Positions 50,686 to 63,317 of a stretch of DNA of 64,000 nt are shown piece after piece. Origin of the DNA: Camelus dromedarius (lineage: Eukaryota); contig NC_087436.1 of the NCBI RefSeq assembly GCF_036321535.1, positions 85,376,001 through 85,440,000 of the forward strand, in the 5' to 3' direction. The notes under the pieces were generated by a model that was not told the DNA's origin, made no database searches, and saw nothing but the letters and a program-made list of their open reading frames with translations. Both the position numbers and the translations under genes were made by a program. How positions within the stretch are numbered: the first letter of the stretch is position 1; every line of letters begins with the position of its first letter.

Positions 50686-53600
50686 GTAAGGAGCCCACTC
50701 TCTAGAAGGAAGGAGGAGAGGTCGGGTGCAGGCGGAGAGATGGGGATGCGGAGAGGACCTGGAGGCCGGCTCTAACTCGCAGTTAGAGCTGGAGAGGTGA
50801 AAGTGACTTGACACTGTGTTCTTTCATTTACCGAAGAGGAAGCTGAGGCTCAGTGACTGACCCAGGATTACCCAGCGAGTTGGTGGTCTTGTGAGCCCAG
50901 TTCCATTTCCACGACTCTAGTCTCGGACAGAATCCTGGGCGGGAGCGCGTCTGCAGAGCCGATACACCGCTGGGCTCTCGGGAGGCGGGGATGGGAAGAG
51001 TCCCGGAGCTGGCAGGCAGGAGATGCCCCCGCAGGCGGGAACAGGCGGTGATAAAATTGTCCGGCTGCGCGCACCATCCTAGCCCGGTCTCGTGAAAGGA
51101 AGCCCTGCAGGAGCCGCGCGACCCAGGTCTTCCCCATGGCACCGTGCGCCTCGCTCTGCCTCTGTAGGAATCGAACGAGGACCCAGGTCTACTGTTCCCT
51201 TTAGGTTCGAACTCACACACACACCCACTGTATAAGGTGGGGTCCAGGAGGGAAGGAAACTTTTTCTTATTTCTTGGTGCAGGACACCTCTCTCCTTGCA
51301 GAGAGAAAGAGAAATTGGGGCTTGGATCCGGGGTTGTGTGACAGCTTCCCAAAATGTCTCCAGGCAGTAGTCACCTTCGTATTTAAAACAGTTTAACATC
51401 TTTCAAAGCTCTTTGGTCCTTTTGAGTAAGTGCATGGTCAGAAGTTCACGTTCTGAAAACCTACTCTGAGGGATTTGGTACCTAAGTTTGGCGCCTCTCG
51501 CCACTCTCCTTGAGGTCTAAAATTTCAGTCTCTTTCAAGATCAGGAACACACACGGCCTTGAAGTAAATAAATTCCCTTTCTCTCTCTCCTTCTTTCTCT
51601 GTCTCATCTTTCTCACATCTCTTTCTAATCTCTTCTGTAGCCATTGTTTGCTGCTTTCTAGATTTCCACTCTTCAGAGGGTGAGAAATGGGAGGGGGTGA
51701 AACAGGCAGAAAAAGTAAAATGGTTCAGGGGAAAATTCCTTGTATCAAAAAAAAAAAAAAAAGAATCACCTGTCTTAAAAGAAAAAAAAAAAGACATGCA
51801 TATACCGTAACAAGATCATCTGTCTATAGTTACTGAATTTTCTTAATAATGACTTGTTTCATCCAGGCCAGCTCCACCAGGGACAGTCATCTGTCCCTGA
51901 CAAGACCTCTCTCTCCTCCTTTATGGGAAGAGAAAGAAGGTCTGGAACATGTGGTTTGTTACTGTATCCCACAAAGACATGAGTTGCTTTTGAGCCTGGG
52001 GTGTTTCATAGAGCAGCAGTAGTAACCGAAATCGGGTTGCCCTGAATATAACGATGAGGTTGCCCTTTTGGAGTGTGTGACTTGCTTAATTGGATTGGGC
52101 TATAATTGATGCCATCAAATTCTAGAGACAGAGGCACTGTTGTTTTTCCTTCCTGTCTTTGAGCTGGAAGGGTAATAGTGCACAAATGAATTAATTTTGG
52201 TTATGGGATTTGAACATAGAAGAGCTTTATTGAGTAGCAGCGTATGTACTTCTTAGAGTTATTTCTTTAGAACTTTCTGAAGAGCAGACCTCGAACTTGC
52301 CAATGAAAATGAATGAAGCTTATTGGAGCAAAAAAGAAATTGAGTGTTGGTCTACAGATATGAATTTGAAGTTACCATTATTGATAGCCTTGTTGAATAG
52401 TTTTTTGTTGGAGACATGTCTCTAGAATAGTATGGTGTTGTTTTGGCTCCCGATGAATGGAGAACTTTTTTTTTTTGAACATAGGAAAGTGTGTCTAGAG
52501 TGTGAGATTATCTGTGGCAGTGATTTATGAGAGATCTTCAGGAATCTCTTGTTTTGGTGGCTATAGCTTATTTAGAGCTTAATTTTTACCATCATTTTTT
52601 TTTTCTCACATCACTGTGCCCAGATAATGGGCTCTTTCTCATTTGGGTCATCATGCAAATTAAGTTACTGGTTTTGACATGTTTCTCAGCATAGGATTTC
52701 CCAGTCACGTGTGATATCTGTGCTCATCCAAACAAATTGTTTTCATTTTCCTTTACTTAGACAAAGTGGGAATCCATTATTGGAAGACTCTTCTTTTGCT
52801 TTTAAACATTTTGCTTTATTTTTGCCTACTTGGGAGGGGGGCAGTTATTTCCTTTATATTGAAAAGTGCTATGTTGACTAACTGAGCATGACCACCCAGA
52901 CCAATAGCTATCTACGAGTGGCCCGTAGACCCTCTATGACCAAGTCACCTGAAATGCTTGTTAAAATGCAGTTTTGTAGGCCTAGGAATATCCTGACACA
53001 TGCTAAAGTTTTCAGAACCACTGCCCCGAGCACCTTACTTCCAATGCCAGTTAGTTTCTGAGATTTACTGCTGTAACTTAATTTTCAATTTAAAAAAAAT
53101 TCGATATTGATCAACAAATCCACAGTTTTGTCAGGACTTGATTTTGCACCTCTGAGTGAGCGTCTGAGAACACGTGTGATCAGTTGCCCCTTTTGCCTGC
53201 AGCTGTTCACACTGGGGTCCGTGGATTCAGTGCTCTGGATATTTACACTGGATATTTGCTCATGCTCTGCTTATTCATACTCTTTTGTATTTGCTAGTCC
53301 TCTCTTTTATTTGCACAACAGTGTCAATGCCAGCTTAGGCCTGGAGAGTCATGTGTTCTTAGTGGATGTGAGTTAAGGATCCTATGAAGCTCGGTGCTTA
53401 CCCAGCACCCATCACTTTTTTAGGTGGTATTTTGAAGATCTGGTTATCAGTTAAGACCCAAGGATGGTGGACAGTTTTTCTTTCGCTGATGCTTTTTCAG
53501 CACCTGGTAGCTTTTTGCATTTAGTTGACAGAGAACTCAGTTTTCTTGCTGTGGAGTGACCCATGGTGAGGAATCTGCCCCATGGTATATTTAGGTAAAG

Positions 53601-53789
53601 ATACTTTTTTTGTGTATTCCAAGCCTGGTATCAGGACAAGCTCAGCGCCTTGATTAGTAAGTTGAGATTCCCCAATTGTAATTCATTAGCGTTACTCTAA
53701 TTCTGTTCTCTGAGGGAAAGTATATTAATATGCATTTGGAAAATGTTTCTTTCCTCAATTCCTCTCACCTAATTTCAACATGCAGTGAT

Positions 53790-54270
53790 TCAACCTTGGC
53801 AGTTCAGTTACCAGAGGAAGGGCACTAGAAAATTGATAAAGGCAGATGAGACGTTCCCGTTCCCCTCAAAGTACATAGATGAACTATATAGAAATGTCTC
53901 TAATAGTATTCATTAATCAGCAATTTAGTCGAATGTGTGCATCCTATGTTTTATAAGAAGTGTCAGTGGGTCCTTTCCCAAGGGAGTGAGATCATCAGAT
54001 GAAGGTTCATTTGGTTTCAATGTCCCATATCCTTTTGTAAGACCTTGAAGTTGGCAATGCAGGAAAACAGGAACTCCACCCTAGCTCCATGAATTGCAGA
54101 ACTGTTGTGTTGGTTTATGACCATCTGCCCATTCTTCCTGTTATGACACAGTTGGTGAACTTTTACTGGGAATGGTGAAAAGTAAATTCACAAGTTTTAC
54201 ACAATGAATTGCTGAAGAAGCCTTTTAAAGTATGGAGTATGCGTTGTTTATGGAAGGTGTTTCCTATTGG
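53790..54270. promoter_or_regulatory. Orthologue of the Flk1/Kdr intron-1 endothelial enhancer
   Basis: TGATAA 53834-53839; E-boxes CAGATG 53843-53848 and 53996-54001, CATCTG 54122-54127; FOX:ETS AAAACAGGAA 54064-54073; TTCCTGTTAT 54135-54144. Long stretches match the recalled mouse Flk1 intronic enhancer, and it lies just before exon 2. Confidence 0.85.
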
Positions 54271-54316
54271 GTCTGACTCAGTGGCAATTACATTCATTTA
54301 TTTAATTTGTTTCTAG

Positions 54317-54410
54317 GTTTGCCTAGTCTTTCTCTTGATCCACCCAGGCTCAGCATACAAAAAGACATCCATACAATTATGGCCAATACAACGCTTCAGA
54401 TTACTTGCAG
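54317..54410 (+). CDS. KDR: KDR exon 2 (94 nt, start of Ig-like D1)
   Basis: Acceptor ttctag|; (G)[30 protein letters not shown](R); donor AG|GTAAG. Confidence 0.97.
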
Positions 54411-55719
54411 GTAAGGATTCCTTTTAGATTCAGATTTCCTGTGTTAAATATTTCATTGTTTATTGAAGGAAAATAATTTCCGTATGCAGAATTGTAATAG
54501 AGTCATAGTAATTGTTTATAAGTACTGAGGTTTCTAAGAAGCGATGTAATAATTAAAAAATGAAAAAGGTCTTCTCCCCAAAAATTCTATACAATTTTGC
54601 TGGCATTTTTTCCCTGCTACCCCCTGCCAACCCACACATGCACACATGCACATACACTAATAACCAGTATAGCACCTGGAGTATAGTATGTAGTACACAA
54701 TACATGTTGAATAAATAAATGAAATTGAGGATGTACCCTTAGAGTTAAAGAAGTTTGGGGACGTATTGTTTATACTCAGAATGGCTCTTGGACATCTGTT
54801 CAGCACTTTTCAAGAACTTTATTTTATGGTAAAATTCTGATCGTAGTAGCAATTTAATATTCAGCCATTAATATTACTGAACGCATGTCCTGCTGCAGGT
54901 TGGTGTTCCGGCATGTCTGTCTCTCACTAGCTAGCAAGAAGTCATACTATTGATTTTTGCTAACTGGGGAAATAAGCCTCTTTGACAAGAAGAATTCTGC
55001 CTTCCAATTTAACTGTTAACCTTCCAGCCCCTACCTCGGGAAGAAAAGTAGGACCTTAGGGTTTCATGTATGAGTATGCATGACAGACGCAGAGGCTTCT
55101 CAGGACCAGTGAGGTTTTGGCAGAGATGGTGGGTGGAGAGTGCTGACGTCCACAAACAGCCCTAGGAAGCTTGTTGCCATTGTTTATGCCTGACAAATGC
55201 CAAGTGTTCAACACAGTGACACAGATCTATTTTAGCTTGCCGAGTGTAAAGGATACTCTAGTCCTCTTATCCAGGGTTGGTCACCAATACCCAGCCCTCG
55301 GGAAAAAGCACAGTAACAGGTGCTGTTTCCCTAGCTTTGCTATTTCAAGATGTGTTTCTCAGTAGATGTTCCTCTAACCCACCCTTGACAACAAAGGTTA
55401 TTTAAAATCCCCCAAGATTCCATACTCCCTTTACATCCCAAAAAAGCTATGGAGTATGTTAAAAGTGACTTCATTAATGTAGCTGCAACCTCATGGACAT
55501 TTCAAGTTCTTTAAAGAAGGGTCTATGATGTTACATTTTTCTTGATGTTGACTCTCTTCCTTGGGGTTTTGTAGAGAAATGCTGTAATAAAAGTAATCTA
55601 GGTTTTGACGTTGTCCTCCAAAGTTTCTATGAGTCTCTTAGATAGTTGCGTCCCCTTCGTTCCTCACTTCACCTCTTACTCTCCTGATTACCCACTTTTA
55701 TCAGGCTTTTCTGGCTTCC

Positions 55720-56102
55720 TTGCCATTCCCCTCATGATCCAGATAGGCACCCACACCAGGGTCTTGACATCTGCTGTTCCCTCTGCCTGAAATTCTGTTC
55801 CCCCCAATATTCATACGGCCTAGTGCATCAAGCCTCCAGAACTCTTCACTCTTTTCTTTGCATCTTCTAAATTTTCTCCATAGTACTTATTGCCACCTTG
55901 TACACATTTTACTTACTTTTGAAAAATTTCAGCTTTATTGAAATGTACTTATTTTTTTTTTTTACTGCTTGTCTCCTCCAACTTGACTGAGGTTCCATGA
56001 AGACATTGGCTTTTGTCTGATTTGTTCACTGCTGTATGCCATTTTTAACAACATTTGGCACACAGCCCATGCTTAATAAATATTTATTGGATGAATGAAT
56101 GA
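55720..56102 (+). mobile_element. L2 3' end in KDR intron 2
   Basis: CTGCTGTTCCCTCTGCCTGAAA...TTTGTTCACTGCTGTA...TAATAAATATTTATTGGATGAATGAATG. Confidence 0.75.
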
Positions 56103-56325
56103 GTTATAATGAGTAGAAAACTCGAGAATCCCTATAAGTGATTTCTGAAGCCGAGCCTCTGACTTTTTGTCATTCATCCATATAACCTGTCATTGTTAGT
56201 AGAAGGCTGTGTTTCTGTCTGTTGAGGCGTTTATGTAAGTTTGAGAACCAAATCTTCTGTTTTCTTGGAAACAGCCTCCTAGTGAGGCATTTCACATGAA
56301 TATTTGCTTGGAATTAATTTTTCAG

Positions 56326-56522
56326 GGGAGAAAGGGACTTGGACTGGCTCTGGCCCAACAATCAGAGCGGCTCTGAGAAAAGAGTGGAGGTGACCGAGTG
56401 CAGTGAGGGCATCTTCTGTAAGATGCTCACAATTCCAAAAGTGGTCGGAAATGATACTGGAGCCTACAAATGCTTCTACCAGGACACTGACATGGCTTCT
56501 GTTGTCTACGTGTATGTTCAAG
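56326..56522 (+). CDS. KDR: KDR exon 3 (197 nt, Ig-like D1)
   Basis: Acceptor tttcag|; [65 protein letters not shown]; donor AG|GTAAG. Confidence 0.97.
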
Positions 56523-59209
56523 GTAAGTGGTTAGATGGAATTCACTTCCCCAGTTGATTTACCGGTTACAAAACACAATGGGTGCAAAGAAGAATCGAGG
56601 ACAACAAAGTCTCGCTCTGAAGGCTCTCTGCCAACAGGAATAAACAAAATTCTTCTCTCCCAAGGCTTCCTCGGAGAATAAGACTCATTGATTTGTTCTG
56701 GAGCGTGGGCCCCATTACTTCTCTTTTGCCCAACTCGTTGGGTTCTGATCTTTGTTTCTAAGGGAAATCTGTGTTCACAATTGGCTATGGGGATTTATAA
56801 GAAGCCTTCTGATGTTTGAGGGAAGAAAAAAACAAACCCGAAATCCTTGAAAAGGAAGATTCAGGGGTGAATTATGGAGAGGTTTCTGTGGAGAGATAGG
56901 TTATCTACTGCAGAGTTGGAGATTTCCCCAAGAATGCACAGGGATTCAGCCAAGGGCTCTGGAGTTTTTTGTACATAGGAACCTTTCTTCCCCCAACGTA
57001 TACGTCATAAAAAACAATTTCCATACACTTGTGCAAATGAAGACCTTGCCTCAAACGGCCTTTCAGGGACAGTGTTTCTTTCCTTTGCTGGTGTGGTCTG
57101 AGATCTTGGATGATATGCCAAATCTTTCTAGAATTTGCAATTTGAGATTGACACCGTGGAGGCCAACTTAATATCTGTGTAGGGTAAAATACATGTCACA
57201 TATATTTAGTATTTATAATCTGAATTAGTCTTTCTTCTGTGTTGCAAAAATCTTACATTAACTTAGTTTTCCTGGAAAAACTTGGCTTAACTCATGAGAT
57301 ACCAATCATATAATTTTGATGAGTGTAGGTGTTGCTTAGCATTTCACTTAGATATACTCAATATTTTCTTTTCAGTAAGGATAAACTTTTTAGACATTTT
57401 ATTTATACCTTTCTATACCTCTTTACATCCCAGAGGATTTGAAGCAGGTGAAGATGGCTTAGACTTTTTTTCCAGAAGCATCTTGTGCAGAACAGGAATT
57501 TCATCAGCTTTGGAAAACACACTCGCTTGTCTCCATTTACATTCCAATGTGCAGTATGGTTAGTGCAATGGAAAGGTGGAGGCCACATCAAGATAACGTA
57601 TGTCACTCCCGGATTGCACAGTATTTGAGATTTATTTCTACCCAGGGTGAGCACAATCCAAGATAGAATTCTGTGGCGTCCTCCTCCCTTCTGCAGAATT
57701 TGAGAGACATGGCTCAGATCTTGGAGAATTTCTGGCTCCTTTTGATCTGACAGTCTTGGGAGATCAGGCTTTCTCAGAAGATTGCAAGGATTTCCTGCTT
57801 TTAGGCTGTCTGGAAATACTACAAGATGAACCTCTCCCATAATATCTCGTTATTTCCTTCTCCCCAAGTCAGGAAACCTGGAGACATGTGAAAATTCATT
57901 TCGTGAGTTGCAGTAAATATTTTATTTTGAGAGGATGGGTGGTTGTTTGGGTTTCTTTTGTTTATTTCCTTTTTTTTTAGGATACCGAAATAGAACTGAT
58001 TGACTGAATAGCTTTAGTTTGACGTCAAGGGGTTAATTTAGCTTCCCAAGGCTTGCTCTCTAAGCAAGTTCTGTAATATTTCACAGCATGTGGATAAAAA
58101 GATAGGTAATATTAAGAAGTAGCGATCTCCAGCACTGTTTATTTGTACACTGCCTGTCTTTGGGTATACCATCAAATTCTGCTTCCTGTCTAAGCCTAAT
58201 GTTCTAGGAGGTGAGCTGTCTAAGATTTTGGTGGTGAAGTTTAACAATGGAAAAGAAAACACTGAAGTATTCCCTATGGACAGTCCTTTAATATCCCCTC
58301 TGGTCTCCACCTTACTTCCTGCATCTTCTGACCCCCATTCCCTCCAGCAATGGATGGAGCCAGGAAGTGGGTCTTGGCCTCGTAAGATAATGGCTATGGC
58401 ATGTGGTGGGCTGGATTGGCTGCCTTTCTGTGCTTTCCAGCTGGGAAGGAAATCAAACTTCTGCTGTTGCAGGGAATTAGCTGCTTTTCTCCCCTTTGGT
58501 TTAATTAACTCTTTCTTCACTTGGACCAGCCATCCTGAAGCACTCTGAAAATGCTTGGTCAGGGGAGTTGGGGATGGCAGTAAGGACAATTGTCTCTCTG
58601 GGATTTCAAGCATGACTTCACACCAACTCTATCTCTGGGGAAAGGAGTCAGCAGCCTATTAACATCATATGAACAGTGTTTGAATGAATCTCTCTCTCTT
58701 TTTTTTTTCTCAGTCTTTGCCATGGTGGCTTTTCAAGTTTTTGTCATTGAAGGTATTGATGACTGCTGACTCTTAAATACATAACTATTAAACATGAGTT
58801 TATGAAGAACCTTAAATCTAGTCTTCACAATCTTAAAGTACACAAAGCTTTCTCTTGAATAATTGAATTAAAAGTTGTTAGTTACTTCTTTATTTTAAAG
58901 ATTCTTTGGGGACCATTAATCTGTTTTTGTGATGTTTACATTATTTGCCTAAAGAGAGAGAGCAGGAATTTCTTTAACATCAATAAAACTCAGTAGGTAA
59001 ACTATACAGATTTAACTTTAAATTTACTCCAGTATTTATATATAGTGTATACAAAAATGTATGTGAAAATGAAGGTGTATGCACCTTCATTTTGAAAAAA
59101 ACTAATGATTAATCTGCCTAAGTGTGGAACCTACAAAATATAATCTGCTTGTTGATAACCCTTGCAAAAGAAGCCAGTCTCATTCTAGGGACTTTCTTCC
59201 AGATTTTTT

Positions 59210-59212
59210 ACA

Positions 59213-59263
<51 letters not shown>
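59210..59263. repeat. (CA)n microsatellite in KDR intron 3
   Basis: Seen directly, about 165 nt upstream of the exon 4 acceptor. Confidence 0.95.
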
Positions 59264-59265
<2 letters not shown>

Positions 59266-59403
59266 CTCTGTAGCATCCTTGGAGCCAGATATCTACCAGC
59301 AGACCTACCTGTGGATTCCTTTCCCTGGTATGAAATATCATTCCCCATGAGGCACTTCTCTGTTAGAGTTATGAACCTGAAAGATGACCAGTAATGCCAT
59401 TAA

Positions 59404-59565
<162 letters not shown>

Positions 59566-59835
59566 TAAATCGTCTTTCATCATCTCTTACGTTTTCTTAA
59601 TTTTAAGCTAATATTAAGATGGGTAGCCTGTTTATAACCTTATGTACATATTATTATAATACATATTATAGTACATACGTTATATATTATATTTTATAAT
59701 ATTAAGTCAGCAATGTGTTGTAAAGATCCTTTAGGAAGGGTCAAAATGACAATAAATAAAACCAACTTGCCTTTTAAAAAATTACATGAATTCTTTAGTG
59801 TTCATGGTTTTTGCCTTTGGATAACACTTGATTGA

Positions 59836-60072
<237 letters not shown>

Positions 60073-60605
60073 TAAAGCTTGGCTTACTGTATTAAGATCC
60101 TGGAGGACAAGGGATATTGAAAAATATATTAATTCACGGTTTGGTGTTAGGCAATTCATTACATCTGCTCTTCTCTACCCAAGAAACCTATGTGCAATAG
60201 AGTTTTTCCTCCATTCTTACCAAAACCAAGGATGAAAAAGAGTACTATTATGGGATCATATTTTATGGAAAATTTAATGTTCAGAGCATTGCTTGGCATC
60301 AATTTTAATTACACCTATTTTATGAGAAGTTCAGTGACTTCCTAAAGCTGGCCCCATTGATTATCGGCCACTCAGATTTTACAGCTTTTCTGTTCACTGG
60401 GCTACAACATTTTTGAGATCCCTTCAGGGCTGCGTTGTAAATCTCTGTAGGCCAGTTTCCTGGGAGTTACCAAGGACTGTGGAGGCCCTCAGGGAAAAAT
60501 GATGTGACACATTTTGAAGCTGCATCATTTCTGAAAAAAAATGTGTGCCAAGTTATAGATTTGCTTTCCCTCTTACTTTCTGTTTTTCCAATTTACTTGC
60601 TCCAG

Positions 60606-60745
60606 GGTACAGGATTTATGATGTGGTTCTGAGCCCCCCTCATGGAGTTGAGCTGTCTGTTGGAGAAAAGCTTGTCTTAAATTGTACAGCAAGAACTGAG
60701 CTGAATGTGGGAATTGACTTCAACTGGGAATACCCTTCTTTGAAG
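60606..60745 (+). CDS. KDR: KDR exon 6 (140 nt, Ig-like D3)
   Basis: Acceptor ctccag|; (G)[46 protein letters not shown]; donor AG|GTAAC. Confidence 0.97.
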
Positions 60746-61338
60746 GTAACACTAACAGTTCAAAGCCAGATCTCTAAACACTTTGATAATAAGCTCCAAC
60801 AAAGTTTGCTTGAGACAAATAGGGACCTCTCTGGCCAGATGAAATGTAAGGGCCTTAACTCACAGTAACACGTACACGCACACACACACACTTTAAGACC
60901 ATTGCAGAACACACCCATGCAAAAAAAGCTGCAAAGCCAAGAACTCTGTCCAGGCCGTGAAGATTAGTTTCCTTTAGGTGATTACATCTTTCCAGGTTGC
61001 ATTATTTCTCTGTTTTCCAAAGTCCTCGATCTCTTTTCCATTTAAGGGAATTTTTCTTTAAGAGGTGACGTGAAACACACTTCTTAAACATTGGGCACAC
61101 TTCCTTGTGTTTCTGTAGTTCATTTTTATCTCATTCCCATTATGTGAGGCTCTAAAATTCCTGGTTCACTTGGTTGCATTTATTTCATCTGAAACCAACT
61201 ATATTTGCTGTATGCATGATGTTAAGATTTCTGAAGTCCCCTTCATTAGTGTTCAAAAGAGTTCACCAAGGGCCAAGACTTTTGTGGGTATCTAGAAGCT
61301 ATTGGGTCATGTTATGCTGGACTTTGGAAGTTCAGTAA

Positions 61339-61581
<243 letters not shown>

Positions 61582-61984
61582 TAAATACATTTAGGTCAGC
61601 TAGCAATTCCTATTTTGCTCATTCAGAAGGTGTTTTTGAGCTCTTGCTAGGAAGGCCGCATGACCTAGAGGTCAAGAGCATAGCTTGGGTTCAAATCCCA
61701 AGTTTAATTGATGAGCTGAGCTGATAGAGTAAGTGCTCACTACATATCACTTATTGTCACTGCTATGATTATTATTACTATAATAAGCTGAGGGTTATTA
61801 ACTAAGATAGTTTTTACATTTTTATTGAATTGCAAGGCAGAGAGACTTCCTTGAATAAGCCTGAACTTTGCAATTGGGAAAACCTGTATTTAATTACTTT
61901 CTGTGGGGCTTGGAGGAAATAATTTAATTTCTCATTGGTTCTCACTGACATAAATGTCTCAGTTTAGATGATAATTTGTATGGC

Positions 61985-62790
61985 ACCCAACTTATAGGCC
62001 CTGGTAAGGATTTGGATTTTATAATATGGGAATGCACAGGGAAGTTCTGAGCAGAGAGACATGCTCTGGCTTATGTTTTCATGGAATTACTCTGTGTGTG
62101 TTTTTTTGAAATGTGCAATACTTTAGGGGAGTAAGGGCAGAAGTAGAGACCAGCTAGAAGACTAATTGCACTCATCTAGGTGAGAGATGGTAGGCGGCTT
62201 GGACAAGGGTGGTAGAGGTGGAGGAGGTGAGAAGTGATCTGATTCCAGATATATTTTTAAAGATAGAACCAATAGGATCTGCCAATTGATTCCCTGACTG
62301 TGGAATGTAAGAGAAAAAGAATGGAAGATGACCTTTGAGTTTCTAGCATGAGCAACTGAATGAATGGTAGTTTTGTTAACTGACATAAGGAAGGTAAGGT
62401 GGAGAGGAAGATTTGGGGACACAGGGTTAGGTGGCTTCACTTGGAGATGCCCATTAAACATTCAGATAGAGATTTTAATATGTTAACCTGAAACCCAGAG
62501 TAGTCAGGGCAGGAGATGTGAATTTAGAGGAATGTACTTGATACTTTAAGCCTGAGATGAAACGAAGGTGTAGATGAAGAGAAGAGGTCTGAGGACTGAG
62601 TCCTGGGGCACGTGGGGCGTACATTTAGGGTGTCAGGGGAGCAGAGGGAAAGGAGCACCTGAGGACCCCCAGGGGACTTAGAGAAAGTTTCACAGAGGAG
62701 CAAATGCTTGAAAGCAATCGGTAGACCTGCGGAGTGGACTGGGGGAGAAGAAAGAGCTAACGCGAAGACCAGAGGTGAGGGAGAAGCTAA
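61985..62790 (-). mobile_element. L2 LINE fragment in KDR intron 7
   Basis: GGAGGTGAGAAGTGATCTGATTCCAGATATATTTTTAAAGATAGAACCAATAGGAT...GAGATGCCCATTAAACAT. Confidence 0.75.
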
Positions 62791-62949
62791 AGTGTGACCT
62801 ATAGAAATGTGGTTTGGGGGCTCTCTGAGCTGCAGCGACTTGGACCCCCCAAAAGTCTTTGACTGCTCACTTGAAACGAAAAACTAAACCCAATGACTAT
62901 TTAAAAGAGTTTGATATTTATGAGAAAAAATATTTTAATTCTCTTCCAG

Positions 62950-63064
62950 AAAAGCCTTTTGTTGCTTTTGTAAGTGGCATGGAATCTTTGGTGGAAGCCA
63001 CAGTGGGAGACCGTGTCCGAGTCCCTGTGAAGTACCTTGGTTACCCTCCCCCAGAAATAAAATG
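62950..63064 (+). CDS. KDR: KDR exon 8 (115 nt, Ig-like D4)
   Basis: Acceptor ttccag|; (E)[37 protein letters not shown](W); donor TG|GTAAC. Confidence 0.97.
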
Positions 63065-63153
63065 GTAACTACTGGAAATACATGTAAAGCAACATTCCCA
63101 TGAAAACAAATCCTTAGATTGTACTAATTCTTGGGATTTTTTTCCCCCCATAG

Positions 63154-63317
63154 GTATAAAAATGGAAGACCCATTGAGTCTAATCACACAATTAAAGTAG
63201 GGCATGTACTGACTATTATGGAAGTGAGTGAAAAAGACACAGGAAATTACACCGTTATCCTTACCAATCCCATTTCAAAGGAGAAACAGAGCCATGTGGT
63301 ATCTCTGGTTGTGAATG
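63154..63317 (+). CDS. KDR: KDR exon 9 (164 nt, Ig-like D4)
   Basis: Acceptor ccatag|; [54 protein letters not shown]; donor G|GTAAG. Confidence 0.97.

Larger units (their letters stand above)
49500..51200. promoter_or_regulatory. CpG island spanning KDR promoter, exon 1 and start of intron 1
   Basis: Dense CpG/GC-rich sequence compared with the CpG-depleted flanks; boundaries estimated by eye. Confidence 0.9.

Noticed and set aside
49730..51399. Many overlapping long ORFs on both strands
   Set aside because: Expected from stop-codon scarcity in a CpG island; only KDR exon 1 and the ATG-initiated overlapping ORF were kept.
51878..51899. 9-bp inverted repeat CAGGGACAG-TCAT-CTGTCCCTG
   Set aside because: Short enough to arise by chance in 64 kb; no other support.
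58038..58613. 191-aa antisense ORF in intron 3
   Set aside because: No recognisable domain and no splice or promoter support; such a length can occur by chance.
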